A DNA stretch of 62,368 bases, the filler included, from Choristocarpus tenellus KU-1152 (taxonomy: Eukaryota > Protista > Phaeophyceae), in the NCBI GenBank assembly GCA_964200185.2. It is 9 parts of 9 records of this genome, joined end to end, with 100 filler letters (N's around TTAATTAATTAA, not from the genome) between each part and the next. Parts side by side here need not be neighbours in the genome. Positions count along the whole stretch, not along the records: positions 26,587 to 35,729 come from CAXNAD020003944.1; positions 35,830 to 42,847 come from CAXNAD020006851.1; 7 more parts are not named here. The stretch is one strand, 5' to 3'. The notes under the pieces were generated by a model. The model saw only the letters and a program-made list of their open reading frames with translations, had not been told where the DNA came from and did no database searches. Both the position numbers and the translations under genes were made by a program. Shown here one piece after another: positions 26,587-39,565 of this stretch (within the stretch, counting starts at the first letter, position 1; each line of letters starts with the position of its first letter).

Positions 26587-29500
26587 GTTGGGTGCCGGGG
26601 GCACAGGCAGGGGGGATCACACAACCGGAGGTGTCCTTGGTTGAAGAAGAGGGAATAGCTGTAGTTGCCATAGCTCTTCTTGCTGCAGCTTCTGCCTTGC
26701 ATGCCAATGCCCAGCTCATGCCTCTGCCGGGGGAAAAAAAAAAGGTTGGAAGAACGCAGGATGGGGGAGGGAGCATGTTACTACGTGTTTTGCTACATTT
26801 TTCTATCTCAAACGAAGGTAACATCCGACAATACAGTAAGAGTTTCAGGACTGCAACATAGGTTATCAATTTTGGCCCTATACTGTCCTGATTGATTGGC
26901 TGCAATTTTTTCCTACATCACGAAACTCAACTCATTAACACCGCAACATATCTCTGGGCACCCTTGGGGCACCAAGGGCAACATCTCTTCCAACTCAATG
27001 AGCTCAACAGGCTCATCACCCTAAAGAAGTCCTTTTCTTCTCATCAAGGTTCTATTTATTCAGAGCATACTTGGGGCATATGCTTCAAAATTCTAGTCTG
27101 TGGGATCCTTGAGAAGAGTTCTGCAATGGCTACTACCGTCACATAAACTAGCAGGAGTTCCAATGATAATACGTGTTCACAACTTGGAAGTAGCTGCAGC
27201 CACATCAACACCCAAGCAGGACGTCCAAGCATGTGTGTCTTCATGGCGTTCAGAGGACCTCCCTACTCGTCATCTCTGTTCATTTCAATATCAACCCCAT
27301 CATACACCAGTACATCCGCCAGCCTCACTCTTTACTTGCTTAGCCGTTGCCTTCTGCTCACTGGTCACACCTTCACCCTTGACCACAATATTCCCTCGAC
27401 TCACCCTTGATTGGCGGTCTGGAGAGTCTTCCAACCATAAACTATTACGGTGCCCAAGAATAATGTGCCCCTCTCTCTAACGCTGGTAGTATCTCATGAA
27501 CGGCTTCAACACAAGCCAAACTAATGGTGTCGGATGCCGCAGACAGTTCCAAGGAATGAGACGTGAGAATCCACTCCATAACATTGAGAATTATTCATCC
27601 CCAACCGGAGCTCCCTAGTTAAGGGTCTTCCAAATACAAACAAAAAGAGAAACCACAAAGTGCCATTTTTCCTTTTAAAAACCTGATGCCTACAAACTAC
27701 AATACCTTTACTACTCCCTCAACATCGGACTTCATTGCAGTACTTCCTTTTCCAATAAACGTACCCAGTAATGCTCATCCATATTCAGTCCATTACAATC
27801 ATTATCCAGGACAACATAAGAGCCAGCTTGGTCAGTAATGTTGGCTGCTTGGATCAACATTTGACGGTTTGTTGCTCCACAACATCTGTTGCCTATAGAA
27901 TGCCTGAGTCCTGTTGCTCCATAACAAGGAAGTGTGACCAAAAAATTGAGAAAAAGTTCATTTACATAACAAACAATTGAGTTGAACCGCCTTTTTTCCC
28001 CACTGCTCATCAGAAATTGTTGGCACTCAGCACCAGTGAACAGTGCACAGCACCTAGCAAGCAATACAAAGCACCCAAAAGTACTACAGAGTGCTCCATA
28101 AAGATGCATGCTCTGACGGTGGTAATCGTGTCCCTCTTGCATTATGCATCCCTGACTGTGTAAGGAGTTCCACTTAACCAGGCATTTGAACACCCTGGGG
28201 GGGTGCAGAGAGGTACAGATTTCCTAACACTCTGAAACTGAGCGGTATGGGAAGTGGCTAAGACTGCAGCCGAGAACATCTCCATCATCACCACCCATGC
28301 TGGTTTCAAGGAGGTAGTAGCACCTTTAAGAAGCAAACGGGAACAGGCAGTCCTTGCAAGTACTCTCCATTATCAGTTCAGAGAGGTCCACCTCCTTACT
28401 ACAATGCCAATAATTGAGCCCCACAGTCTTCTCAATCATTTAATCATTTGGAGGAAGGCATCAAGTGATTTTTGTGATGAGAACCTTTGAGTGCTTGCCA
28501 ATCACTACGCTGAAGAAGAACTGAGGCAAAATATGCCATGCAGGATGCGCTACAAAGGGGAAAGGTTTGCAACATCTTGCTCAGCATTAGAGCAGCAGCC
28601 TGTGTAATGCCTAAGTCTGAGCTAAGATAGAGCATGTGCAGGAGGGGAAGCTAGGAGAGCTCGAAGACACAGCAGAATTTTCACCAAAGTACTACACAAT
28701 TCAATTGATACAGCAGTGCATGACCCTTCCCTCCCTTGGACAGACTTTCTTCCCTTAAATTACTATGTCCAATACCAGCCTGCAACAATTTATAACAGGA
28801 TGATTTTCCGAGTATTGTGCAACTTGTCAATAAGTGAAACACTCAATGCATTCCCTCTCTACACGGCAACCCAAAAATATTAAAAAACAGGAGAATATAA
28901 ACTCTATACCCCTTCAGGTCAAGTCTTTGGGGAAATGAGATATGCAAGCTAATAGTGTTGATTTCCCCTACAATGGAATTCAGAATTCAATTTTTGTATT
29001 AATCAAAATCACTACAGTGAGATACACCACTCGCTTCTTCCCCCCCCCCCCTCCTCTCCAATATTAAATCCTATAACCAGACCATTAAAATTCACAATTC
29101 AGTCCTAAGGAATCTCACTTACCTGCAGAAGGCAGCATCACACAGCTTCTTCATGGAGCATTCCTTCGCAGGAGGAGCCTTGGCACATTTGTGGAGGTGG
29201 GCATGCTTGTTGTAACACTTGCGAAAGCCTTCATAGGCCCCTTGGTCTATCCCCTTCTGTGCATACACAGACAGTATTACCAGAAGGGAGTGGCAATAAT
29301 GGAGACTGCAACAAAAAATCATCAACAGTAAGGGGGATGGGAGGGGGATGGGGGTGGGGAAGAGTCATGCACACCCCTTCAGTAAAGGAAACATGTGAAA
29401 TAAATTAATGATGCGATGAGGGTGTACCTTTTCTTATCAGTGGTACATTTCATCCCATAACACCACCCAACTACCTCCCCACATCTAATTGGCAGCGGTT

Positions 29501-32500
29501 CTCCAACATGAACAAAAATTGGCAGCAGACCTCACTTTGGAGACCTGTTCTTATAGGGGTAACAAAAAGCTGTTGACTATATGTGCCCCACCTGAGACAG
29601 TACTGGACAAAACACCTGAGGACCACAATCAACCACCAACCCGCACTCACCATGACATATTGCGGAACAGTCCGGGAAGCTTCACAATCACCTCAATGCA
29701 CTCAGTGTATCTCTTAAATGCCTCCATTGGTGGGGTCTCCAAGGGCAGATGCATGAAGGACATGGTTGACACAACATACAGAGAGCATGTCGTACCCTTG
29801 TAATCAGGTCTGCAAACAAAACACCAAATAACACAAAACAAAAATATGTCACAGCACACCCCAGAGGCATTTGGAGTTAGACACAAAAAGACACAAAGTA
29901 GTCTCATACTGTGAGGAGTTCTGGATGCATGATTGTGCTTCAGAGTGTGCATAAGCGCTGACACATTCATAGTGCCATCCACACCTGCACACCTCAACTG
30001 AACCCTTTTATTATAAGCTGACAAATGTACGCAAATTTCGGCATTTTGGGCAAATGTGCACACAGTACTTTTCACAATTCTGTTGAAAATTATCGAACAA
30101 CAGAGGAATCTATGCTCTCAAATCAATCTTTGTACTTCAATAGAAATATGGGTGAATCATAAGAGGATTTTAAAAGTGGCGTACAATGCAAAACGGCCAA
30201 AACCTGGGTACCTGTCGTTTACTTCGGTTTGATCTCATTGAAGGAAACAGACTTTGAGTTGTACCTTCTAAAGAACAGACAATTCAAAGGTATAACTTAA
30301 TGGAAAGGTTTCTATTACACAAAACAAAAAACAATAATACAGTAACAATAACAAGGACCAGAACAATAACCATAATGATACCAGTATTACAAACAGAAAA
30401 TAATAGTAATAGTAATTCTTTTAGAAATAGCTGAAAATCGAAAATCCAATCTGATCCATTGATAGGTACTTTTAAAAATGGGTCAAGGGACTTTCCCGAG
30501 GCGGTGTTACTCACTCCACTCCACTCCACCTCTACTGACACAATTGACAGCAAAGAAGCCTGCAAGCGGCGATGGATACAGTATTTCAAGTTGAAGAAAA
30601 CTGACACGACACTACAAGATGAGGTGATCCAACAACACCGATATTTTACAATCAAGATCCATAAATACGCTTGTTTTTTCTTTAATGGTTCAACACGATC
30701 ATCTCGGTTAAATAAAAATGAGCACATGGGGCCGCCTGTAAAACAGCAGTGGCGGTGAATTACAATGCAAAATAGTTGAGGTTAGGGTTAGGGTTGGTGC
30801 TAACCTCAACGCAAACTCTACAAAAAACGCACAAGAAGTACTACAGCAATCTAAAGACAGCATACCTTCGCTTGCAAAGATTCAATGTTAACCCAACCAG
30901 TTGAATCTACTACCCCACTCCACATTGAAAGCAGCATACCTCCTCTCTGCCACAGAGGCGATGGCCTTGAAGTCCTCTAGGTGCTTGTCCGAGAACGCCT
31001 TCGTGTTACTTAAAGCCTTGTCTTCCAGTAGGATATCCTTCCAAAAGGCCTTGAACACACCATCACTATAGAAGTGGACCACATGGAATAGGCCACTCTC
31101 ACATAAGAGGGCGGGAGTAATCTGAACCCAAAACGTAGATGGTTTGTGTGTGTGAATGCTTGTGCAATGGGGGGAAAGTAAAGTTCAATCTAGGCTGTTT
31201 AACAATCAATCAAGCTTTCGAGCAAAGCACATGCCTTTTTATTCATCTTCTATTATTATTTATTCCAAACGTTAACACCTAATCATCAAACGCCTTAACT
31301 AATCAGACAAACACCAGAAGTATCACTCCACTACATACCAAATCATTATCCTCTTATTTCCAACACCACATACAACAAAGAGGATCAGAAAAACGACTTA
31401 CCTCTTTTCCTCAATCACACGCATCCTTTGTGTCAAGAGACAAAATTGTAATACCCCCAACAGGTGTATACAAAACCTTAACATAGCACTAAACTCCTTG
31501 AAGTCTCCAAGAGGAAATTTGGAAACCCCAAAAATATATTTAGGTTAAAAAAAAGCAAAAAAATCTAAATGGACAGACACCAAGTGCAACGCTGTCACAC
31601 ACTTAAGAGTCTACGAGGACACGCATGAAGTGTGGGTTGTTATGGTAGGGTCTTGTGTAAACACCCAATTAGTATTAGTATCCACTATGTACACACGAAC
31701 ACAATTCTAGCACTTCTCTCTCATTGCACCTTTTCACAGGATACAACAAATATCCCCCCAAAACTAATACAAAAAACACATACACATATACACACATAAA
31801 AACCTAGCAGAGAGATCAAGCCAATCTGATCACACAGATATTTCTTTTTTGTAAATACTACCATGAAGTACACCGTGACCACATAACTCAACATCATATT
31901 TTCGAATGGAGAATTACACACATAATCAGAGCCACCATGAGATCTTCCCACACACAACAACAAAAAACAAAAAAAAAATGGTAAGAAAAAAATCTATCAC
32001 AACCAGAAATGGAACTGCAAGAGCCCACTAGGAATTATTCTCATTTTTCGATTGCCCCCCACCCACCGCAAACTCACCTGGCAGAAAATACCACCTTATA
32101 CATCTAAAGACCCTTATACAATGGTTGCACATTCACATACCTCAGGGGCTACCCTATCCTCCGCATAGGCACACTTCTTCATGTACGTCAAGTCCTCGTT
32201 GACATGTGCATTATTCACTCGTTCGTGGTACTCCAACATGTCAGACACCTCCTGGATACACACAAACAGTATCACACACACAAGTTTTGAAAAAAGGACA
32301 TACTTGAGGCGTATCTACAACCCAAGCACAAACACATAAAACATAAATTACACGTAAAACCAAACTACAATTCACGGCATTGATTGATCCGCATACAACA
32401 CACAACATAACCACCCTTCATTTCAAAAGTACGCAGCACGTATGTATGAAGTATCATTTTTTCTTTACGTAGCACTTAACTGCTTCCTACTTCAATAAAG

Positions 32501-35500
32501 AGTACAGGAACACATGTATCTCAAAAGAAAAACGTTGGCATCAACCAAACCCTGGACAAGCTTCACAACCAAACACCAACAAAAAACGCACCATGGGAAT
32601 ATTGCTTGGATCCATGCTCTCTAAAATCTTCTCCAGCTTCTGCAGATAATAGTAAACCTTGGACGCATTGGCCCACTGAAAGATCATGATCAGGATAACG
32701 TACGCCCTGCAATTCCCCCCCAGGCACCAGGCACATATCAAACAAAACATATAAACCAGTTAGCCTCCAAGATCATTGACTACATATCTTCACCATTCTT
32801 GCATGGAACTCAAAATGAGTTCAAACATATTCCCTTGAAAGCACAAAACCATCAGGGTCTTACATCACACAGGGCAGCTAATCAACCTATAGTTCAGGTT
32901 GGGAGTGACCTGCTGGGCCTATTCTAACAGAACATCCATTGACCCTGCATCAGCCCTGTTGAAACATAAACTAGTAGTCAAAGACGGGTACAACCCTAAC
33001 CCATTTTTGACCCAAAGGGGGATACAATTTTATTCTAACAGAAATTAACTCGATACTAGTAAGGATGGAGCTGTGTGGACCCATATGCCAAATTGTACCT
33101 TCTTTTGTCTGGAAAACAGGGTTATACCCATCTTCGCCCTTGGAGGGCCAAAAACGTGTGTCCCTTGCTGATTTGAGAAGACCCACTAAGTGTGTGTGTA
33201 TGTACCGTATCCCCATTGGCCCTACTTGAAACATGTCAACCGAGAAGAAGCCCTTCCAAAACCTCTTCACACAACCTCTTCAACATTGCCTCAATATCCA
33301 CGGATTCTCTGCTCTCGTTTTCATAATCTAATCCAATAAAAAAGAAAACACATCGAAGACTCATTTTATGTGAGAATCTAAGTATCCATGGGAGAACGAC
33401 CAGGTCAATCAGGACCCAAGAGATTTCATAGTATCAGTAATTAGGTACATTGTACCGTTGGATTATTCTCAACTCTTGTTGTATGTCGCATAAATACACC
33501 CGCTGACACTTTCAGGTACTGTTCCCATCCCTTACCCCAACTAAAAAATAAGTAGTATTAAATCCACAAGAATACAATGCTCGAACACATATTACAACTT
33601 GTAATCGAATATTGCCAGATCCCTTGGATCCTGATTGGCATTTTCTTTAAAATCGTACATAACAAAGAAACAATTCTTTTCCAACCAAGTACATGACGGA
33701 AATTTTCTTTCACGCAGAGAACTGCTCTGGATGGTGTCATCCTGGACCGTGGTTCTGCTAAAAAGGTACTGCTAAAAGACTGACCAGCCCTGACCAGATT
33801 GTTCAATCTTGGCCGACCTGATCAAAGGTACGGGAAAGTAAGTCAACATATTATTACATCTCTCCACAGATCAAACACAAGTTGTCAAAAAGGAAAGAGT
33901 GATAAAATATTTTATTAAGTGGCATGGCCCTGACATGACCACCCCAGGTATTAAAAAAATATTACCCTGACCTACCACAGATAAAATACTCAACACATCC
34001 AAGTCCGACGCCATCGCTTACTCAACATGAACGGGACCACTGGCCAGCCATGCACAACCAAGTTCAAACATGGCCGAGTCCATGGCCATCCCTTACTCAA
34101 CTCCACCTGCCATGTATAACCAAGTTCGAATATGACCAAGTCCATGGCCACAGACCATTTCAAAGTGACTGGGCCACAGACCGGCCCAGACCCAAATGAC
34201 TGGCAGTGGACATGCTAACTGCTTGGACCCAAACGAATAGCACTGAAAAAAACACATTTACAGTTACAGTTACAGTTACAGTATATGTGTACCATTGAGG
34301 ACACCCTCCAACTCCAAAAAAATGTTCCTCCTCAAAAACGTTCATTGCTGTCGCACTTACGAAAGAGATGGCAGTCACTCATCCATTCATGCCACAGGGA
34401 TGCCAAAACTTACCTAGGGCATCAAGGAACACACCATAAAACCTACTCAAAGAAACTTTAAAAGTTGAATTGAGTGTGATAGCAGGTGCAGCCAGTTTCT
34501 ATAAGAGCGCAACCAAAACATATCTTCAACGCTGTAGTCAAAGATATTTCAACAATTGCTCACCTGAGGGTGTCTGCATCTTTGGATTCACTCCCACCAA
34601 GGGCCTGGGCAGCCAGGTTAATGTACTTTTCCATCTGCAGCATTGACAGGTGGAGGGGGGAGAGGCTTGAGGGGGGATGGGCAGAGCAAACAAAGGGAAA
34701 GGTCCTATTCTTAAAGTGACCTAATCTGCAACATACAATCATGACCAGTCAATCACAATTGTTTCCTTGATTTCTTGCCTTAAGACAGAATGCTCAAGTT
34801 CGAAATTCGGATAAATATTAAACTTTAAAATGTGCAGTGTGTGCGGGAAGGGGGAGGGGGGAGTGAGTGGCATAGCATATTAAGGGGAAATCTTGTTGAA
34901 ATCAATACACTGTCACATTTTTAATAGGTACATAAAAGAGGAATAGAACAATAAAGTCAGAAAATATCTTAGGCAGGAGTCAAGACATCGTGATTTTTGA
35001 ATTAGGAAAGGCTAAAAGCAAGAGATTTCCAGAAAATTGGGAAGCAAAAGGGGGAAAGACTGCTCCCTTCTTGTGACACAAAGTACTCCAAATGCTGACG
35101 CTACATTATTGACACTGATACGAAAAAATAATAATCTATATTACACCCATGCATGCAGGATTTTTTCTTCTCTGTTGCTTCTGTCCATGCACACACCCAT
35201 ACAGAGCAATACTCAGCTGTTACAAAGACCACAACCAAGACTTTTACCCCACATTACAAACTACATATGCCCACAACCTACTCAACGACAGGAAAGGACC
35301 AAAAACAAATAACAACACTCCTCAAAACGTTTTCTCACACATTTTTAAAGCCCCCCCAAAACTGTAACTATATGGATGGGCATTCATCTGATACAGTCAA
35401 GCCAGGACGATAACTGACACAACCTAACTCAACAAAAACACAATAAAAAATAAATAGTGCAGAAAATAAACTACGTTCCAGCAAATTGGTGGCAGCCAAT

Positions 35501-35683
35501 CACGCACTCCACAACCCAAAACACCCTGCCACAAACTAAGTAGCATACGTACCATGCTATCAGGGGCCCCATTGACCATAGCACCCAAGCCCACAGTACA
35601 CCAGAAGGTGCAAAGGAGGGGCCCACTGGGAGTTGCCCCGCTACCTCCACTGCTACCTGACATCATTGACCCTCTACCGGTCC
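26587..35683 (-). CDS. Internal part of a multi-exon gene, probably the brown-algal Zn2Cys6 (fungal-type) transcription-factor-like family; exons 35683-35553, 34634-34564, 32706-32592, 32251-32141, 31121-30940, 29305-29123, 26723-<26587
   Basis: Six GT-AG introns, all phase-consistent. LLCTFWCTVGLGAMVNGAPDSMMEKYINLAAQAL...LRAYVIL resembles the middle-homology region of Zn-cluster TFs as recalled from Ectocarpus proteins. The DNA-binding domain is not in this contig. Confidence 0.7.
27330..27600 (-). mobile_element. Strongly decayed RTE-like LINE fragment (intronic)
   Basis: TTSVRERGTLFLG...GRLSRPPIKGE resembles the same RTE motif seen at 5.9 kb. Confidence 0.4.
34010..34225 (+). repeat. Dispersed repeat C (copy 2, internally duplicated)
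   Basis: CCATC(G/C)CTTACTCAAC...CCATG(C/T)A(C/T)AACCAAGTTC twice; homologous to 9075-9195. Confidence 0.75.
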
Positions 35684-35729
35684 CTGCCTTTTTTTTATCT
35701 CAGGGGTAATTGTTCACGGAAATGGGGGG

Positions 35730-35829
35730 NNNNNNNNNNNNNNNNNNNNNNNNNNNNNNNNNNNNNNNNNNNNTTAATTAATTAANNNNNNNNNNNNNNN
35801 NNNNNNNNNNNNNNNNNNNNNNNNNNNNN
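35730..35829. other. Artificial contig spacer
   Basis: 44N-TTAATTAATTAA-44N. Confidence 0.98.
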
Positions 35830-35883
35830 GTCTTATTCATATAGTGTGTGTCGGAGATCCCAAAAAGGAACCTGTCCCTGACA

Positions 35884-36816
35884 CATGTATTAAATGAACG
35901 TTTGCGACAAGAGGTTTGAAGGTTTGTGTTCATGGATTTACGAACTTCTGTGAACGGGACCTATGCCTCGATCAAATAATGGCAAAAACGCGAAGGAGCA
36001 TTTCTGGCGCAATTTTGATGGTCACAACTTCAAAAGGTACAAGAATGAAGTGGTTGACTGAACTCCCCGCAAAAAACTAATGCGCGATAGGCCGCTGCCC
36101 AAGTATGGCGCGTTAGGCAATACCGAAAAAAATAAATATATATATATATATATTCTCCCTGTACCACCTGGTGATGGACTCACTGCTTTCCTGAGGCGAC
36201 AGAGACTGTGGAGCAGTGCTCCGCAGCGGTTGAAGATCCAATCACCTTTGTGTGATAATGCTTTCCATGCATCTTCTCTCAGTGTCAGTGTTGCGACTGT
36301 GTGGTCCATCGCACTATTTGATCATGCTGCTGCGCCAGAGTACACACACCTTCTCATCACCTAACATCGCACTGAGTGTCACACGGTACTTGTTTTTCTG
36401 TCGCCTCTCAACAAAGAATGTGCTGAGGGTAGATCCAGGGGGCAGAGTGGCCTCGGCGGCTCTCCTTGACTCACCCTCGTGGTTCATATTGCTGTGTGGG
36501 TCACCCATGTGTGTGCTCCCAGTCTGCCTGCACATGGAGCTAAAAATTATCTCCACAATTCTTGCCTTTTTTTCGTTATTGCCACACGCGCCATACTTGG
36601 GCAGCGGCGTAACCGCGTTAGTTTTTGCGGAGAGTTCAGTCAACGACTTCATTTTTGTACCTTTTGAAGTTGTGACTGTCAAAGTTGCGCCTCAGATGTT
36701 CCTCCACATTTTTTCCATTATTCGATCGAGGCGTAGTTCCCGTTGACCAAAGTTTGTACATTCATAAATACAAAGCTTCAACACCTCTTGTCACAAACAT
36801 TTATTTAATATATATA
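35884..36816. mobile_element. Foldback / long-TIR non-autonomous element (~250-bp inverted arms 35884-36130 and 36567-36816) with a ~430-bp core
   Basis: Arms are reverse complements, e.g. GTCACAACTTCAAAAGGTACAA vs TTGTACCTTTTGAAGTTGTGAC and GCCGCTGCCCAAGTATGGCGCG vs CGCGCCATACTTGGGCAGCGGC. Exact termini and TSD unresolved. Confidence 0.8.
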
Positions 36817-36894
36817 TGGTTGTATAATTCTGGTGGCATTACAGTAAAAAAAAGCAAGATTGCTCCAGAGGCCTAAACTTCTGCCACCACTTTA

Positions 36895-37320
36895 GAAAGA
36901 TGGTAAGGTGGACAGAAGTATTACAACCGGTGAAATTGGATGTGTTTCCTCTATTTTTCTCTATAATAGTTGTACACGATATCTGAAAGTGGATGTCGCG
37001 TTTGCAAAAATACAAGCAGCATCCCATCTACCACACTTATCCACCAGCAATGGTGTAGCTGATACTGCAGGTGAAGCACTAAAGAGTACCCACTATGAGG
37101 GTTCTTTTGACCATCATAGTTTTAACCTCGATACCTTTGTGGGGTAAAGATTTGAGCGCCTCGGTAAGCCGGCAGAAAAATTTCTGGATGAACTGACTAC
37201 ACATGCAGTGGGAGGTTTTAGCAAGAAAGGGACTGTCAAATCCCGCTTACGAAAAACAGTGTCTGTCACTATACCAGTGCCTCTCTTGAGACGTGTCATG
37301 CGATTCAATCTAGAGACAGC
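36895..37320 (+). mobile_element. 3' fragment of a CRE-like non-LTR retrotransposon (restriction-like endonuclease domain)
   Basis: ...YLKVDVAF...AGEALKSTHYEGSFDHHSFNLDTFVG*RFERLGKPAEKFLDELTTHA...RLRKTVSVT fits the RLE C-terminus pattern (D-V...E..K..KY...E.FG.LG..A..FL). Confidence 0.65.
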
Positions 37321-37863
37321 AAGAAGGGCACTGTCAGTTTCTTGTGATGCTTCCCTAGCTCTTTGCCGAGTTGTGTAGAGCTAAGTTAGGTTGGAGGTAT
37401 AACAGCAATGTACACATAACATTATAATTGGTAAACTTTAAGTGGCCTGGCGTTTTTGTGATACAGCGCAGAGAGGATACGAGAGGTGTTACAACCCGAG
37501 GTGTACAATACCTTGTGGTTCTCACGTCCTACTGCATCATGGAAATCAGAATTTCGCGAAAATATGTTTGGCGTCGAAGGGACTCGAATTCGCTAAGGTA
37601 GGGGAGGTTGATCTTCCAATAACAAGACCCTATTGCAAATACATATCGAGATTTGAACAAGTCGTACTATTTTGGAGTATTTTGGACTTATAGTTGAGAA
37701 AAGTTGACAAAATTTTGGACATACCGCGGGTAAATGAAAGGTTATATCGGGACTCTATGGAGAAAGTGAATGACGAATCATGTGCATAAAAGTATTTGAC
37801 TCCTACTTTTTTATTGATGACTAGGTGTTTTGTGTTTGATCCCTCCACACAAATTGTCAACAC

Positions 37864-39400
37864 TTATCGGAGGTTTAACACAGACTCCAGAAGATCCTGA
37901 CCATGGCAACCAGAAGTGGGGAGAATGCTGGAAGTAGTTTTTACAGCAAATATGTGCTCGTAATTCTTCTTGCGGTCTACGGTGAGTTTCTTTCGCCTTG
38001 ATTTCTCTGGGTAGTTAAGATCGTAGCTTCTAGTCGCATGGTGTGGGACACTTCTTTCCACCTTGTCGATTTCACGAAGGTTGAGTGAGGAATTATTCCT
38101 TATAGCTATCGATTGCCGTGTGATGACGAATTCGTAGGGGATGGTGTTGAAGTAGCTGATATAGGAGCGAACCATGGACTGAAGATTTTGTGAAACTCGT
38201 GTATGTGATGATACATATTGGTCACGATCACGCACTGTTGCTGCACCCAGGGAACTCCCTGTCAGTCCCTGTCCCGTAATATAGGGGAGGATGGGTTAAC
38301 TATATGCTTTGTTTTCTAATGATTTCTACATACCTCCACGAATCTTTTCCTGCAGTGAGTAACCAGTGGTGCCGTTACCTCCTCAACTATCTGTACGCCG
38401 TGTCGGATAACGACTATGATGACGACGATGAGGTGAGCTTTGGGTGAACCGCGGTAATGGATAAATAATTCTAGTGTCTCTATCCCATTTGGCACATCGT
38501 CTAAAGTTAGATCGCCAGGTCTCCATCTCCTCATTTCTCTGTAAGAGTACTGGATACGTCTATTTCACCATTGCCATTACATTTCAAACGCCTTTCAAAC
38601 ACCTTTCTCCTTCATCTCGAACACTCAAAGTTCCGATGTCATCTTTCCACATGTAGGCACGTATTAGTCTAGCTATGCGTACTCTTTATCGCCTACCTCT
38701 GCATAGCGTGCTTGATCTTGAACATTCGAAGCTCCAATGCCGTCTTTCCACGTGTCCTTGTCCTTTTGCTAATTATGTTTCGTCTTGATGCAGGCAAATC
38801 CAAACTAGTAGTTTCTAGCCCCAGTGCAGACATGTGTTTGTCTAGCCTATCTATGCGTGCTCTCTCAGACCGAAATTGCATGTCGTCTTTCATCTCCAAC
38901 ACTCAAAGCTCCTTGCCGTGTTTCAGGTGTCTTAATCCCTAGACCTTTTTTATGTTGTATTTTCTAATAGTGCTATCATTTTGACACTAGTGGCGTCTAA
39001 CTACAGAGCTTTGTCTGTTTATTCGAGCTACGTGCTCTGTTTTATGTCTACCTCTACATATTATATATTGAAGGTTTGGGGTTTGGTGCGCAGGCGGTGT
39101 AGTCATGCTGGGATCTTGTACTCATCAAAGCCTCTGTGTGTCCATGTAGTTCAGTCAGTAGTGAGTTTATTTTCTGAATACTCACCATGGGATGCCGTTC
39201 TTATTGAGTTGGGCCTCTGTGTTCGTGCCATTGCCCTATGAATGTTTGCATGTGTACTTGCGGAATAAGTTGTGTGTTCCCAATTTGTCAAATCTTGGAA
39301 TGCTGCACTTGTTTGGTCTTATCCCCAAGTTGAAAACTGCCCCTGACTCGGGGAATCTCGTTTTTGTTTTCCCTGCTTCACTACTGTTGCACGATTATCT
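37864..39400 (-). mobile_element. Degenerate coding remnant, probably retroelement-derived
   Basis: Run of intronless, stop-interrupted minus-strand frames (37864-38235, 38316-38534, 38693-38902). ETLELFIH and QSIAIRNN are reminiscent of non-LTR C-terminal motifs. Class uncertain. Confidence 0.3.
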
Positions 39401-39565
39401 TCAAAACACCATCTGTGCGATGTCAGAACCCTATGGTGTGGTAAAATGAGGGGTCGAAGGGGGGCAAGAGGTGCAGCCTCCATTTTTTATCGTTCTAGTT
39501 GGCTCGCTCACAAAACTATCTCTCTAATGCTCCCCTGTGCTGTTTCTGAAACCCTTGTGCCACAG

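Noticed and set aside
27730-28650. Broken ORFs possibly from a CRE-like retroelement
   Set aside because: Too decayed to support a call.
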